Made by a program: the position numbers and the translations under genes. Shown here piece after piece: positions 13,346-27,902 of a stretch of 64,000 bases of DNA. The stretch comes from the human T2T-CHM13v2.0 reference genome, Homo sapiens, in the NCBI RefSeq assembly GCF_009914755.1, contig NC_060929.1; one strand, 5' to 3'. The notes below the pieces were generated by a model, which searched no databases, was not told where the DNA came from, and worked only from the letters and a program-made list of their open reading frames with translations. The stretch's first letter is position 1, and each line of letters begins with the position of its first letter.

Positions 13346-13849
13346 TTTCACATTTTAGAAAGTAGAGATCAATGTTTGTTCATAGCAAACCAGCAGGAGC
13401 AGTCTGTGAAACACGGAGCTGCATATAGAAAAAGTTAAAGTGTGGATCCCATCTACTGTTTGATCAATTGCAGGAGACACTGTCTATTTGGCACCTATAC
13501 GTTTACTTGGTTTTCAATAATATTAAGGAACACATTTCTCCACAATTGTTCTTGATGTGAAATGCAGAAACGTGTTCACTGAGACATTTCCACAAATGTA
13601 TTAGACCCTCAATGTAGATTGAAAGTTTACAAACAAAACAAATTGAAACACAGTCACTACCTGTGATTTCTGCTTCTGTTTTTATTCCCAATCATATGCT
13701 TAGCTACTTTTTGACCCTATGCGAGAAACGATACTAACTCTGAACAGAACTTCTAACATCATATCTATCATTAACAGAGAGAAAACACAACACAACAAAA
13801 AAGAAACCATTAACAGAGAAAAACACAACACAACACAAAGGAACCATTT

Positions 13850-13975
13850 GCAATGCAAGATTTCCCAGGAATGTGGGCTCTTAAGCACCCTCTCCATGGA
13901 GGCTGTGGGCCAGCTGCATGTCTCTGGACATAATTGGGAAGCTCCTGGCATGGATGACACACAGTTTGGTATCTT
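13850..13975 (-). pseudogene. H3.Y-like 3' fragment
   Basis: rc encodes DTKLCVIHARSFPIMSRDMQLAHSLHGEGA*EPTFLGNLAL. The 5' part is cut off by a rearrangement junction at about 13975. Confidence 0.85.
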
Positions 13976-14007
13976 ACAAAAGTTCCGATGTAAATGTGTT
14001 GCTGGAA

Positions 14008-14122
14008 AAGAGGGGTTTCACCATGTTGTCCAGGCTGGTCTTGAACTCCTGACCTCAGGAGATCCACCCACCTCGGCCTCCCAAAATGCTGAGATTACAG
14101 GCATGAGCCACCATGCCAGACC
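14008..14122 (-). mobile_element. Alu left-monomer fragment
   Basis: GGGGTTTCACCATGTTG...GAGCCACCATGCC. Paralog at 34105-34220. Confidence 0.85.
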
Positions 14123-14342
14123 AGTAATTTCATATCTTCTACCAACAATTTTTGAATAAACAAAAACTCTTTAAAAGTCAGATATTTGAGTGCCTGCTTT
14201 ATCTTCTGAAGTACTTTTTATGCCATTTCTCAACATAATTTTCCCTAAATGTGATTTATGTCTCTGTGCATGACATAATTTTATGTCTCTTTGGTGCTTC
14301 CCTGTGACCTATGTATACATATACATGTAATATATAAATTGA

Positions 14343-14660
14343 AGTCTGGGCACAGTGGCTCATGCCTGTAATCACTTCACTTTGAGAAACCAAGAGGGGC
14401 TGATCACTTGAAGTCAGCAGTTTAAGACCAGCCTGGCCAAAATTGTGAAACCTCCTCTCTACTTTAAAAAATACAAAAATTATCGCAGCTTGGTGGGGTG
14501 CACATTTAGTCCCAGCTACTCTGGAGGCTGAGGCAGGAGAGTTGCTTGAGCCCAGGAGGCAGAGGCTGCAGTGAGCTGAGATCAGGGCACTGCAATCCAG
14601 CCTGGGGGACAGAGTGAGACTCTGTCTCAAAAATAAATCAATAAAATAAGATAAAATAAA
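14343..14660 (+). mobile_element. Alu upstream of TAF11L
   Basis: GGGCACAGTGGCTCATGCCTGTAATC...GACTCTGTCTC with A-rich tail. Orthologous to the Alu in each array unit. Confidence 0.9.
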
Positions 14661-14974
14661 ATTGAAATAGTATTTTCATATTCCCCTCACCCAGCTCATT
14701 TTATTTTCAGAGTATTTGATAAAACACTTGTTTCCCTGTGAGTTAGAGATTTTTTTCTCAGACATTGAAGTTTTCTAATGTGCAACTTCATAAAACATCT
14801 CGTTTTTACTGTAAATAGTTTCTTTATTGTTGTGAAATGTGAACTTTGCGATTCTGTGAGGAAAACTGAATTCTGAAAGGCCCCCTGCATTTCCCACCAC
14901 TCAGAGACTCGCCCTGCATCTGCCCCACCTTAAGTGTGGGCAGAACCATGAATTGATGAGCCTGCCCAAATCCC

Positions 14975-15050
14975 TGATAAGGTTAGGGATACCCTGAACC
15001 ATTAGCTGTTAAGTGCTGGGTCTAATTCAATCATCTGAGCTCTTTATAAG
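14975..15050 (+). promoter_or_regulatory. TAF11L promoter: DUX4 motif + TATA
   Basis: TAATTCAATCA (15023-15033)-TCTGAGCTCTT-TATAAG (15045-15050), plus a degenerate distal site TGATAAGGTTA at 14975-14985. Confidence 0.75.
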
Positions 15051-15662
15051 GGACTGAACCTCCCTGAGATTACATTCCCCTGTGGGAGATCCCTCATCAC
15101 TGGCTGTGCAGACCCAGGGAGCCTCACAGCCCAGACCTGGGCAACACGTGTAGGAGCTGAGAGCATCCTCACGGCAGCAGGCAGAACAAACAAGTGGGCC
15201 TGGGGCTCACTACCCTAAGGCATTGAATTCTGCCACCAACTTGAATCAGATCGAAGCCAGACCCTTCTCAGGTGAAGGCAATGACCACACAAACAAACCC
15301 ATCCTGGAAGTCCCTCTTGTGACTCTGAGCAGGAGGCAGTCACTTGGCCTAGTAGAACTTCTGACCTGTGAGCTGGTGTTTGTTTTAAATATCCAAAATT
15401 GGTGAGAATTCGTTCTGCATTGATCTAAAATTAATATACGCTCCATGCACAAGTTTCTTCACATTGTGGAAGTGAGAAAATTCGGTGTGTGTGTTTGTGT
15501 GTGGGAAGGTGAGGCCGGGAGCTGTGTCCAGTTGTGGCTAAACTATGGCTCAGCAGAAACACAGCAGCTAAAATCTTTGAAAGGTTCTCATCGCAGATCC
15601 ATAATCAAACCACCCCAGCCAGAACTTCTGCCTGTACAGCTGCTGTCACGGAGCAGACTTGA

Positions 15663-16268
<606 letters not shown>

Positions 16269-18211
16269 GCCCAAGGCCAGACGGAGGGGTCTGTTTGTGC
16301 AGGAATAAGTACCGCATTCATCTTCCAATGACAGGACTGCCTTTGCTGGAGCTTCTGCATCTCAGTCCCACCTGGATTTACCCACCATCTTAGTGTCTTA
16401 AAATGTGAAGTTGCCCTTACCTGGATGAAGACAGCAGATTGTTTCATAGGAGCCTTGGCTAAATGTTTGGGCCTCCAAGGGCATATTCAGGCATTTTTCT
16501 ATACCTTTCTAGTTGGAAGAATAAAGGTGCCTGGGCCTTGAGCATCCTGTGGACAGGGAGCTGCATTCAGAGAGGGAAGCCCTTTCCAGGAGATTTGTAT
16601 GGATTCATACTGAAGCCTGGTGTAGCTGTGTCTTAGCTTGTATGCTTATGTCTGGGTTTCAGTAAGTGAAGCCTCCAGAAATGTTTCCCAATTGTTGTCC
16701 TTCTCTGATTTTCAATGCTCATATGTATTTTTGTGAGTCATCACAAAAACAGTTAAACTCTTTTCCAAACTGCGGAAATAAAAATAAAATCACAAAGAAT
16801 TTTTTTCTCTAAGTTGACTCTTCTATTCCTGCTTACTGTGCTTTATGTCAGCAAGTGACCCTTTACTTTATTATAATGTAATATAGTATAGGTGCATCAT
16901 GGAAGACTAGAGAGAAACCAATTCCAAAACCACCTTTCCTCAAGCCGCCATTTGTAATGATCATATGTGCAGTTTCAAAGACACAGAGAGAGCCTATTGA
17001 TACTTCACGTTCGCTACACATGGTGATTTTACCAGTGCTTCCGGAGACACTGAAATTTAGTTCCAAACATTGCCTTAGAGGATTCTTGATTTTATTCATT
17101 CTACCGATGATCCACTCAGAAAATCAAACCTGAGTACAGAGACATTGGAGAAGTTGTTAAAGTATCGGACCAAGTAGGTTCATCACGAGTGACAAAGTTA
17201 TTCCATACTCTACTTGTACATACTCTGCTTTACCTTTATGATGGAAAAGAGTAATTTTTTGTTATCGAATAAAGACCTGAGATTTATTATGGAATCACCG
17301 TGAACCTTCCCAGCACATACAGCTCACAGATATCCACGGTGCTGTTTCAGTCTGTTTACTACTGCCATGTGCCCCCTGAGTCACAGAGTATAAGCAAAAA
17401 GGATGGAAAAGACCCCATAGTTCAGCTGTAATATTGAATGGAGAATAACATGTACTCTTTCTTCCTGAAGCCAAAGACACTCCCGTAAAATATAGTTTTA
17501 TTTCTTCATACACTCAGCTTTTGCTCTTAAAATAGGACTTATTTTACACAGAATCTGCCTTTGAGTATTACACAAATTTCTCAACTTTACCGAGTATGGG
17601 GAAATTGTTTCATACCTCCATATTCTGACATGGTTTAGCTTTCCTTTCATTTTACCAACTTTCTTGTAAAGGCATCTAACAAGTTAGACCAGTGTGTCTT
17701 AGAGACACAAGGAGGGTACAGGTTCTTGGAAGAACTGATGGAGATGGAAGGGCTCTCTCAGGAATTGAAGTGCTCGAGCAACCAAAAGAAGTATGATCCA
17801 AGAGACTTAATATCTCCCAGTCTTTAGGTTGCTCTCAGCTCATTCCTTTTCCATGGCACTGAGCAGTCTTGGAAGCTGTATTCTGTCAGATGTTGCAGGT
17901 CTAGCACTTTCTGAACAGTAGAGGCAAAGAGAACCTGGCCCAAGCAGGTTGGTCTGCTGAGGTGGAGACAAGCATCTGTAGAGAGCAGTGCTGATGGTGA
18001 TTCCACACACAAGGTTAGAACATTAGAACATTTTTCTGGCCCCTCATAGAACTCAATAGTCTGAGTGGGGTCTGAGTAAAGCTGAACTGCTGAAGACAGA
18101 AACAAGTTCCCATCAAGGTCTCAGAGGTCAGCTCAGGAGCAGGAACACAGCTTTGTTTTCTCAGAGAGGAAAATTGGATTAGCCGAGAAGGTTCAGTGTC
18201 CTTACAAATCG

Positions 18212-18903
18212 TTTTTTTTACTTTCAGTTTTGGGATCCATGTGCAGAATGTGCAGGTTTGTAACAAAGCTTTACATGTTCCCTAGTGGTTTGCTGCACCT
18301 ATCAACCCATCATCGAGGCTTTAAGCCCCGCATGCATTGCATATTTTTCCTAATGCTCTCCCTTCCCTTGCCTCCCACCCCCTGACAGGCCACGCTGTGT
18401 GATGTTCCCCTCTCTGTGTCCATGTGTTCTCATTGATCAACTCCCACTTATGAGTGAGAACATGTGGTGTTTGGTTTTCTGTTCCTGTGTTAGTTTGTTG
18501 AGAATGATGGTTCCAGTGTGACCTGTGTCACCGCAAAGAACACGAGCTCATTCTTTTTTATGGCTCTATAGTATTCCATGGTGTATATATGCCACATGTT
18601 CTTTATCCAGACCTTCACTGATGGGCATTTGGGTTGGTTCCACGTCTTTGCTATTGTAAACTGTGCCGCAATAAACATATATGTATGTGTTTTTATAGTA
18701 GAATGATTTATAATCCTTTGGGTATATACCCAGTAATGAGATTGCTGGGTCCAGTGGTATTTCTGGTTCTATATCCTTGAGGAATCGCCACACTGTCTTC
18801 CACAATGGTTGAACTAATTGACACTCTCACAGACATTGTAAAAGTGTTTCTATGTCTCCACGGCCTTGCCAGCATCTGTTGTTTCCTGACTTTTTAATAA
18901 TCA
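18212..18903 (-). mobile_element. L1PA 3' end insertion
   Basis: CATGTGCAGAATGTGCAGGTTTG, CCCACTTATGAGTGAGAACATG. ORFs read MFIAAQFTIAKTWNQPKCPS. Absent from the paralogous site at about 6485. Confidence 0.92.
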
Positions 18904-19480
18904 CATATGAAATCTTCTCAATATATAATACCATATAGCCACAGCTCTCAAGAAAGAAGTCTGTAGAAAATGGTATCTTTCCAGGAGAAATCTTTGACAG
19001 CTTTCATGGCTGATTGTATTACATGTTAATGACAATGAAGTTTTTCCTGGAGCTTCATTACTATTCTTAAAGTCTATCTCATAATGTACATTTGGAGACT
19101 GCCTAGAAAAATGTGGTCTCTGATTGGTGCTGGTAAAGTTGTGACAAGACACCTAACAAATAAAGTGACTGTACTTGACTATTTTCTATCATTTTCTATT
19201 TTGGGATAAGCTTAACATTCTCACTGCTTGCCTTTGCCCCCACAAGTAATTAGCATATGCCTAAATAAAGTTTAAGCAAGCTAGCTCCACTATTCCCAAG
19301 CACATATTATCTAGGGTCTAGTCTTTAGAAGTACAAAGCTTACAAGTACAACTACACAAAAAATTGTACCCAAACTACAAAGGCTTAAATGATCAATTGA
19401 TGGATTTGTGTTTCCTATGGAAGAGGGTACCAAGCAGAGCCCTAATATACATACATAGGGGAGAAGAGAGCAGGGCTTTT

Positions 19481-19815
19481 ATGGATGGTACACAGCTAGG
19501 TGACTTCAAAGAGGTGCACCAGGTAAGCCTCACTGGGCTCCTGCAGGGCTCCAATGGTAGCGCTCTGGAAGCGCAGGACCAGGATGATGGCCTAGGAGAT
19601 CTTGCGCACCAGGCGCTGGAAGGGCAGCTTGAGGAGTAACAGCTGCGTGGACTTCTGGTACTTTCTGATTTCGCACATTGCCAGGCCTGTAGCGGTGAGG
19701 CTTCTTGATCCCTCCTGTAGGCAGTGCCCTTTTGCTGGCGGCTTTAGTGGCCAGGGTCTTCGTGGCGCCTGCCAGGCGGTGGCTTTGCTGGCTGTTGGCT
19801 TGGTGCATGCAGTGG
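19481..19815 (-). pseudogene. H3.Y-like pseudogene, start codon lost, frameshifted, 3' truncated
   Basis: Translated patches [25 protein letters not shown] and [11 protein letters not shown]. It ends at about 19481, where it joins sequence homologous to about 7040. Confidence 0.9.
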
Positions 19816-20146
19816 CCTGGGGCTGTGGTCTCTCTCCTGTCCTTGGGCTGAGCCAGGTTAACTGGAGACAGCGCTGGTTTCAGACTGCAATGGTGGTGGG
19901 GCTGTGGACAAAAATCAGAGAGTCTGCGAGTTGAGATCCATGCAGAAGACTCTTCAGACACTTAACCCCTTCCAAGCCAGCCCCAGACTTACCAGCTCGC
20001 AGGTATGTGGGTCAGAGGTCCTGCTGCTCGGTCTCCCGGGGGTCCTGGGCTTCCTTGGTCTACACATCAGCTGTGGGGAATCTCCCTCCCCCCAGGCAGC
20101 CTGGCTCTGGCTGGACATCTGTGTAGTCTCAGCCAAGTCCAGCCTA

Positions 20147-20173
20147 TTATAAGGGGCTCAAATGATTGCATTA
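20147..20173 (-). promoter_or_regulatory. DUX4 motif + TATA upstream of H3.Y-like pseudogene
   Basis: TGATTGCATTA at 20163-20173 (rc TAATGCAATCA) and TTATAA at 20147-20152. Confidence 0.65.
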
Positions 20174-21029
20174 GACCTATGCAGCTACCTTCCATTGCTC
20201 TCAGTGCTTGGCCAGACCCTCAACCTCATCAGGGTTGTGAAAACCCAATCAAGTCCTGGGTTCTCCATGCAGCCCTGGGAGGGCTGAACCTCTGGACTGT
20301 GCCTCATGGGAGAGATGATAGGTGAGAGTTAGCTAGAATCTAGGTGCCAAAGAGATCCCAAAAGTTTACATTTCATGATCATCATGGAAGTTACAATGAA
20401 AAAGACATTTCAATACAGTTGCACATTAGATGACTTCCGTGACTGCCGCAAAACACCAAGGGTGCCATCGTGAGGTGTCTCTCAGGTTCTCTGAGGATGA
20501 GTTGAAACCGGGAGGGATGGATGGAAAATCAAAAAGGTCACTCCTCTATTAGGGATGCTCCGGGGGACATGTTTTCTCCCCCAAAGTGATATTCGTGGAA
20601 ATTTGGGGGTAGCCTTTGGGGGAAGCTGAGACCTTTTGATCAAATGGTCATATATGCCTGTCACTGAGGCATCCTGGCTCCTTTTTTTACTTTGACGCCA
20701 GGGCTGAGTCTTGTTTCCATTGCCCATTTTGGAAATGGCATGAGGCCCAGTGAAGGCCCTGAGTTCACTGAACCACTGAACCCAGGTCACAGCTGATACC
20801 TTCATATTTCTGGCTCCATGAGAAAAAATAAAGCAAACAAAAACAAACAAACAATCAAACAATACACATACAAAAGGCCCCTATTTTGGTACACTATTAA
20901 CAGGCTTCTCTGATACTTGTAGTAGAAATTTAATACCCTTGTATGCAATGCACGGACCATGCACAGAACAGGAAATCCCATGATAATCAATACTCACAAA
21001 ATAAGTTCATATTCCTGTTTTAAAAGGAG

Positions 21030-22940
21030 AGCTACTTTTGTAGAAAATCTTTAGGTTCACAGCAAAATCAGGCAGAAGGAGCAGAGATTTCCCACATCCT
21101 CTTTCCCCACATATGCATAGCCCCCTTCACTATCAACTTTCTGCTCCAGAGTAGTATGTTGGTTACAGTCATTCAACCTGCACGGACACAGCACTCTGAC
21201 TCCAAGACCATAGCTCTCCTTAGGGACTCACTTGGGTGTTGTACGTTCTATGGACTCGAGCAAAGGTGTAATTACATGTATCTACCGTTATTGTATTCTG
21301 TGGAGTAGTTTTACTTCTGTACAAATGCACTGTGTCCCATCTCTGCACTCCCCCTTGACCCTTGGTCTCTTGCAACCACTCAACTATTGATTTATTTCTT
21401 TGTATTTAAAACAGACGCATCTCATTGTATATATTTCTTATGTACAAAATGCTGTTATAAAGTATGAACACATTGTCTAATATCTAAATTTGGTAACTGA
21501 CAGCCATTGCCTGACATATGTACTATTGTGGTGAGAATATTTCACATCCACGCTAATAGCATTTCTCAAGAATATGATCTATTGTTAAACCATAGTCACC
21601 ATGTTGTAATATAGTCCTTGAGCTTATTCTCCCTATATAACTGAAATGTTGTGTATTTCGACAAACGTCTTCTCAATCCTTCACCCACAGCCACCCAGCC
21701 CCTGACAACCAGAATTCTTCTTTTTGACATCTATTAGATTAACTTTGTGAGATTCCACATATCATTGAGATGACGTGGTATTTGTCTTCCTACACCTGGC
21801 TTATTTCACGTAGCATGATGTTCTCCAGGTGCACCCATGTGTCACAAATGACAAGATGTCCTTCTTTAAGACTGCATAGTATTCCATTGTGCATGTATAT
21901 CAGATTTACCCCATCCTGTCATCCAGTTTTGGACATTTAGGTGAATTCCATATCTTAGCTATTGTGAATTAACATGAGAGTGCAGATATCTCTTCAATAC
22001 TGATTTCATTTCCTTTTGGTGTATACCTGGCAGTGTGGGATTGCTGGATCATATGGTAGCTCTATTCTTTCCATTTTTGGAGGAATGTCCATCCTGCTTT
22101 CTATAATGGCTGTCCTAATTTACGTTCCCATGAATAGTGCAAGGGTTCCCTTTCCTCCGCATCCTCATTAACAAGTGTTGTCTTTTGACTTTTTGATCAT
22201 AGACATCCTAATGAGTGTGAGGTGGTATCTTCTTTCAGTTTTAATTTGCATTTCTCTGATGATTAGTGATGTTGAGCATATATATGTATATACATACCTG
22301 TTGGCCACTGTATGTCTTCTTTTCAGAAAGGTATGTCATTTAGGTCCTTTGTCCGGTTTTAAATTGTGTTGTTTCTTGCTATTGAGTCATTTGAGTTCCT
22401 AGAGTATTTTGGACAGTAATTAATCCCTTATATGATGTAGGGTTTGCAAATATTTTCTCTCATTTTGATTTTGTCTCTTCATGATGTTTATTGTCTTGTC
22501 GGCTTTGCAGATTTTTTTTTTTTTAAGTTGGATGCAATCCATTTGTCTATTCACCCTTTTGTTGTCTGTGCTTTTGGGTCATATTCCAAAAGTTTTTGGC
22601 TTAACCAGAGTCAATGAGAATGTCCCCTGTTTTCTTCTAGTTGGTTTATACTTTCTAGTTTTTAATTTATTTGGATTTATTCTTGTGTACAGTAAGATAT
22701 AGGGGTCCAATTTCATTTTTCTTCATGTGGCTACCAGGTTTTCCTATCACCATTGTTGGAAGAAACTGTGGTTTTGTGGTGGTGGGTTGTTGGCACCCTT
22801 TTAAACTATCATTTGGCCGTATATGGATGGACTGATTTCTAGACTCTCTGCTCTGATCCAGTGGCTTAGGTGTCTGTTTTTATGCCAGTGTTATGAAATT
22901 TTGGTTCCTACAGATTGATAGCATAGTTCAAAGACAGAAA
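21030..22940 (-). mobile_element. Old L1 fragments (L1MC-like end, then L1M)
   Basis: TTTAGGTTCACAGCAAAAT..., then a homolog of 10080-11500. Confidence 0.8.
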
Positions 22941-23979
22941 ACCATGAAATCTTTTTATTTTCTCTTTGTATTTGCCTCTGACATCATCACTCAGAGAGAT
23001 TTCCAAGGAGATATTGATTCTTTGCTTTTTTAGTTTTTTTTTATGATTGTGAAGATAGAGTGATGACATGGAATTTCCTTAGGAGTCACCCCAAAAACTG
23101 GAACTCCATTTTATTTTTGATATATATTTATTACTGTTTATCTTATATACATGGTATTTGGCAATTGCATGTCAGTATAATTACAAATAGGCTTCAATTA
23201 CACAAAATATTTAATGCTCAAATCCTACAATGAGAGGACATTATATTTTAATACAATAATCTGCAAAATAAACTAAAAATAAAACATCACATAGTATAAT
23301 AATATAGTTATTATATGCATTTCTGTTTTAGACAAGCATGAAACACACATCAATATGTTATTTCAGCCATTAATATAGGTTACACTGGGACCAGCTCTTT
23401 GGAGGCAAATGTGTGGAAACGAATGAAGAGATTAGACAGGGTCTCTGGGGTTTGTGTTTCTCTGTGTAGTTTTTCATGCAGCTCCTACAGTGTGTTACCA
23501 TCCTAACATCATGAAAGATCACTCCGTGACATAAAACAATCTTGGTCTGAATGTGAAAAAACCCATTTTAGAGGAAAAACTAATTTTTAATTTCATTTTT
23601 ATTTTTGCAAGCTGAAAAACGGTTGATTTCCCAGGAAAAGTTATGGAAAAGTATTAAATGTTTACAAGGTAACTCTTCCAGTGCTCTTAGAAAGCTCGGG
23701 ACCTTCTGGATAGAGTATTGTAAGGGAAGACTTACTGTTTGTTTTATCTCTTTAAAATCACATTTGAGCAAAAACATCCAAAGTCATAGCAACTTCAGGA
23801 TTCAGTGTGAATCCACCATAGTCTCTTAAAAGGATGTCTTTTTTCTCTATCTGAAAACAGCTCCCCGTCCACAGGATGCCCAAGGCCCATGCACCTTTCT
23901 TCCTCCAACTAGGAAGACCCAGAAAAGCACCCACTCATGCATGGACCTCAGAGAACCAAATATAATGACAATGATTGTT

Positions 23980-24262
23980 AGTTTTTTGAGACAGAGTCTT
24001 ACTCTGTTGGCCAGGTGGAAGGGCAGTGATGTCAATTTGGCTCCCTTTAACTTCCACCTCCACAGCTCAATCAGTCCTTCTACCTCAGCCTCCAAGTAGG
24101 TGAAAGCACAGGCACCAGCAACCACAACCAACTAATTTTTTTTTTTGAAGGGAGGTTTTGCCAAGATTCCTGGCCTAGACAGGAACTCCTGAGCTCAACT
24201 GATCTGCTGCCCTTGGCCACCCAAAGTGCTGGTTTTACAGAGATGAGCCATTGTGGCTGGTC
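23980..24262 (-). mobile_element. Alu (old), paralog of 12538
   Basis: TTTTTGAGACAGAGTCTTACTCTG...CCCAAAGTGCTGG. Confidence 0.8.
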
Positions 24263-24339
24263 TGAGATATAAATATGATTGAAAGGGATTATGAAACCGG
24301 CTGCTGCCTTCATCTGGGTGAGACCAATATCTTCTGAGA

Positions 24340-24680
24340 GGAAGATGATTATTTTATTTTATTTTTGTACTGGATGTTGGGGAAGCGGCACCTGGGCTGT
24401 CCTGTATGTAAGGCCTTTTTCTAATGCCCGGGGTGTAACAGGGGCATTTTCCCACATCTCACACATGTCCAGAGCTTCTCCTACCACCTCCCCAACAAAG
24501 ATCTGTGTCATTACAGCCATGTCCATGGCAGTAACCTGGTTCTAGGACACTGACCTGCACCTGACGGAAAGCATCAGACTTCTACAGGGTGCCTCTATCC
24601 CTTTCCCACCATAAACACAACCACACTGGTTATTCTGCCAACCCTAATGTGAAGTGACTTGTGGATACAGAGTCTATTCA
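24340..24680 (-). pseudogene. Internally deleted TAF11-like remnant
   Basis: rc encodes AMDMAVMTQIFVGEVVGEALDMCEMWENAP. Same 5' junction as the other remnants. Confidence 0.8.
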
Positions 24681-24789
24681 TACAGAGTCTATTCATATTG
24701 TAGAAAGTAGAGATCAATGTATGTTCATAGCAAACTAGGAGGAACAGCCCAGGTGACAGGGAACATTGCAAACATGGAACTGCCAGCCC

Positions 24790-24860
24790 GTGAGTTGAAA
24801 TCCATGTACAAGATGCTCCCACACACTGAGCCCCTTCCAACCCACCCCAGACTTACCAGC
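24790..24860 (-). pseudogene. Remnant of H3.Y 5' leader (CDS and promoter deleted)
   Basis: GTGAGTTGAAATCCATG...CAGACTTACCAGC is homologous to 9294-9365. Its flanks jump to homologs of about 8310 and about 9895. Confidence 0.65.
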
Positions 24861-25379
24861 AGGAGAAGATGCAAACCGAAATGGTCACTCCTCTACCAGG
24901 GATGCTCTGGGAGCATTTTTCTCTCCCAAAGTGACATTCATGGAAATCTGCGTGTAGCCTTCGGGGGAAGCTGAGGTTTTTGAACTAATGGTCTTATGTG
25001 CCTGTCACTGAAGCCCCCCCGTGTGTTTTTTACCTTGATGGAGGGGGTGAGCCTTCTTTCCATTGCCTGCTTTGGAAATGCCATGAAGCCCCGTGAAGCC
25101 AGCCCTGAGTTCACTGAGTTGCTGAACCGAGGACTCAGCAGCTACCTTCATACTATTGGCTTCATGAGTAAAAGCAAAGCAGAGTAAAGAAAACAAACAA
25201 ATAAACAACACACCAACCAAAGGCCCTTATTTCAATACACGGTGCACAGGCTTCTCTGACAACTTATAGTATAAATTTAATGCCCATGCCTGCAATGCGT
25301 ATACCACACACAGAACAGGAATTTCCAGGATAATCAATACTCACAAAATAAGTTCACATTTCTCTTTTAAAAATAGAGA

Positions 25380-27030
25380 TCATTTTGTAAAAAACCTTTA
25401 GGTTCATCCCAAAATTGGGTAGAAGGAACATAGGTCCCCAATATCCTCTCACCACACATATGCATAGCCCCCTTCACTATGAACTTTCTGCCCCAGAGTG
25501 GTACATTGTCTACAACCTTTCAACCTACATGGACACATCACTGTGACTCCAACTCCATCGCTCTCCTTAGGATTCACTTGAGTGTTGTATATTCCATGGA
25601 TTCAAGCAAAGGCATAATTGCATGTATCCACCATTATTGTATTCTATGGACTAGTTTCACTTCCATGCAATCGTACTCTGTCCAGTCTCTGCACTTCTGC
25701 TTCACTCTCGGTCCCTTGCAACCACTCAACTATTGACTTGTGTATTCATATTTAAAGTGTGGACACATCTTGTTGTATATATTTCTTATGTGCAAAATGC
25801 TGTTTTAAAGTATGTACACATTGTCTAATGTCTAAATCTAGGTAATTGACATTCATTACCTCACATATATATTACTGTGGTGAGAACACTGCACATCCAT
25901 GTTAATAGCATTTTTCAAAAATACGATCTGTTGTTAAGTCATCATGTTATACAATAATCCTTGAACTTATTCCCCCTATGTAACTGAAATGTTGTGTATT
26001 TTGACCAATGTCTTCTCAAATTCCCCACCCCCTGCCACCACAGCCCCAAACAACCACCTTTCTTCTCTTTGACATCCATCAGACTACCTTTGTGATGTTC
26101 TACATAGCATTGAGATTATGTGGTATTTGTGTTCCTACCTATGCCTGACTTATTTCACTTAGCATGATGTTCTCCAGGTGTACCCATGTGTCACAAATGA
26201 CAAGATTTCCTTCTTCTTTAAGGCGGTATAGTATTCCCTTGTGTATATATGTCAGATTTTCTTCCTCCTGTTATCTGCTTTTGGACATTTAGGTGGATTC
26301 CCTATCTTAGGTCTTGTAAGTAGTGCTGCAATCAATGTGGGAGTGCAGATATCTCTTCAATAGACTGATTTCCTTTTGATGTACACCTCCCAGTGTGGGC
26401 TTGCTGGATCATATGGTAGCTGTATTTATTTAGTTTGTGGAGGAAGGTCCATACTGTTTTCTATAATGGCTGCCCTAATTTACATTCCCAGGAAGAATGC
26501 AAGGGCTCCCTTTCCTCCACATCCTCATCAACAAGTGTTGTCCTTTGATGTTTTGATCATAGCCATTCTAATGAACATAAGGTGTTATCTTCTTTCAGTT
26601 TTTATTGGCATTTCTCTGGAGATTAGTGATGTTGAGTATATATATATACTAGTAACAGCAGGTATATATGCATATATAGCCGGTGGCCACTTTCATGGCT
26701 TCTCTTCAGAAGTGTCTATTATTGAGTTCCTTTGCCCAGTTTTTAAATTGTATTATTTCTTGGTTTCGAGTCCTTGGAGTTCCTAGTATATTTTGGACAG
26801 TAAATAGTTAATTCCTTATTGGATGTGGGGTTTGCAAATATTTTCTTTCTTTATGATTCTGTCTCTTCATGGTGTTGATTGTTTTGTCAGCTCTGCAGAT
26901 TTTTTGTTTTTTCATTTGGATGCAATCCATTTATGTATTTTCCCTCTTGCTGTCTCTGCTTTTGGGACATATTCCAAAAATCATTGGGTTAGCCATTGTC
27001 AATGAGGACATCCCCTGTTTTCTTCTAGTA
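25380..27030 (-). mobile_element. Old L1 fragments, duplicate of 21030-22640
   Basis: Same L1M motifs in the same order. Confidence 0.8.
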
Positions 27031-27902
27031 GGTTATACATTTGTTACCGTTTATCTTATATTCAGGGTATTGGATCAATTACATATCAGTATAATTACAA
27101 ATAATGTTCAATTACACAAAATATTTAATGGTCAAATCCTACACTGAGAAGGAATTTTATTTCTAATTTTTGTGTTCTTATGGAATAATTTGGAAAATCA
27201 AGTAACAATTGAACATTATATAGCATGAATATGTATTGTCATCATATGTATTTCTGTTTTAGAGAAGCACTAAACAGAAATAAACATGTTATTTCAGCCA
27301 TAAACCTAGTTTACATTGGGGCAATTCCTTGGAGGTGAAGGCGTGGAAAGGAGTGCCCAGATGAGACGGGGTATCTGGGGTCTGTCCTTCTCTTAGTTTT
27401 CCATGTGGCTCCCAGAGTGTGTTACCATTCTGACATCATCAAACATCACTCCCCAACATGAAACAGTCTTGGTAGGAAAGTAAAAAGAGTCATTTTAGAG
27501 AAGAATACTTTTTTAATTTCATTTTTATTTTTACAAGCTGGAAAAGAGGTGCTTGATTCCCCAGGAAAAGTTATGGAAAAGTACTAAATGTTTCCAAGGG
27601 CAGCTACTCCAGTACTCTTAGAAAGCCCAGCACCTTCAGGATAGAGTATTGTAAGGGAAGACTTCGTTGTGTCTGCTTAAAATCACATATGAGCAAAAAT
27701 CGTAAGTTATATCCACTTCAGGATTCGGTATGAATCCACCATAGTCCCTTAAAAGGGTTTCTTTCTTCTCTCTGAAAGCAGCTCCCCTTCCAAAGGATGC
27801 TCAAGGCGCATGTGCCTTTGTTCTTCCAACTAGGAAGCCCTAGAACAATGCCTGCTCATACATGGACCTCAGAGACCCAAACATGATGATAATGATTGTT
27901 AT

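Noticed and set aside
13769-13846. Short direct duplications (about 39 bp here; also 7439-7512, 24665-24696, 34851-34893)
   Set aside because: Ordinary slippage duplications with no sign of function.
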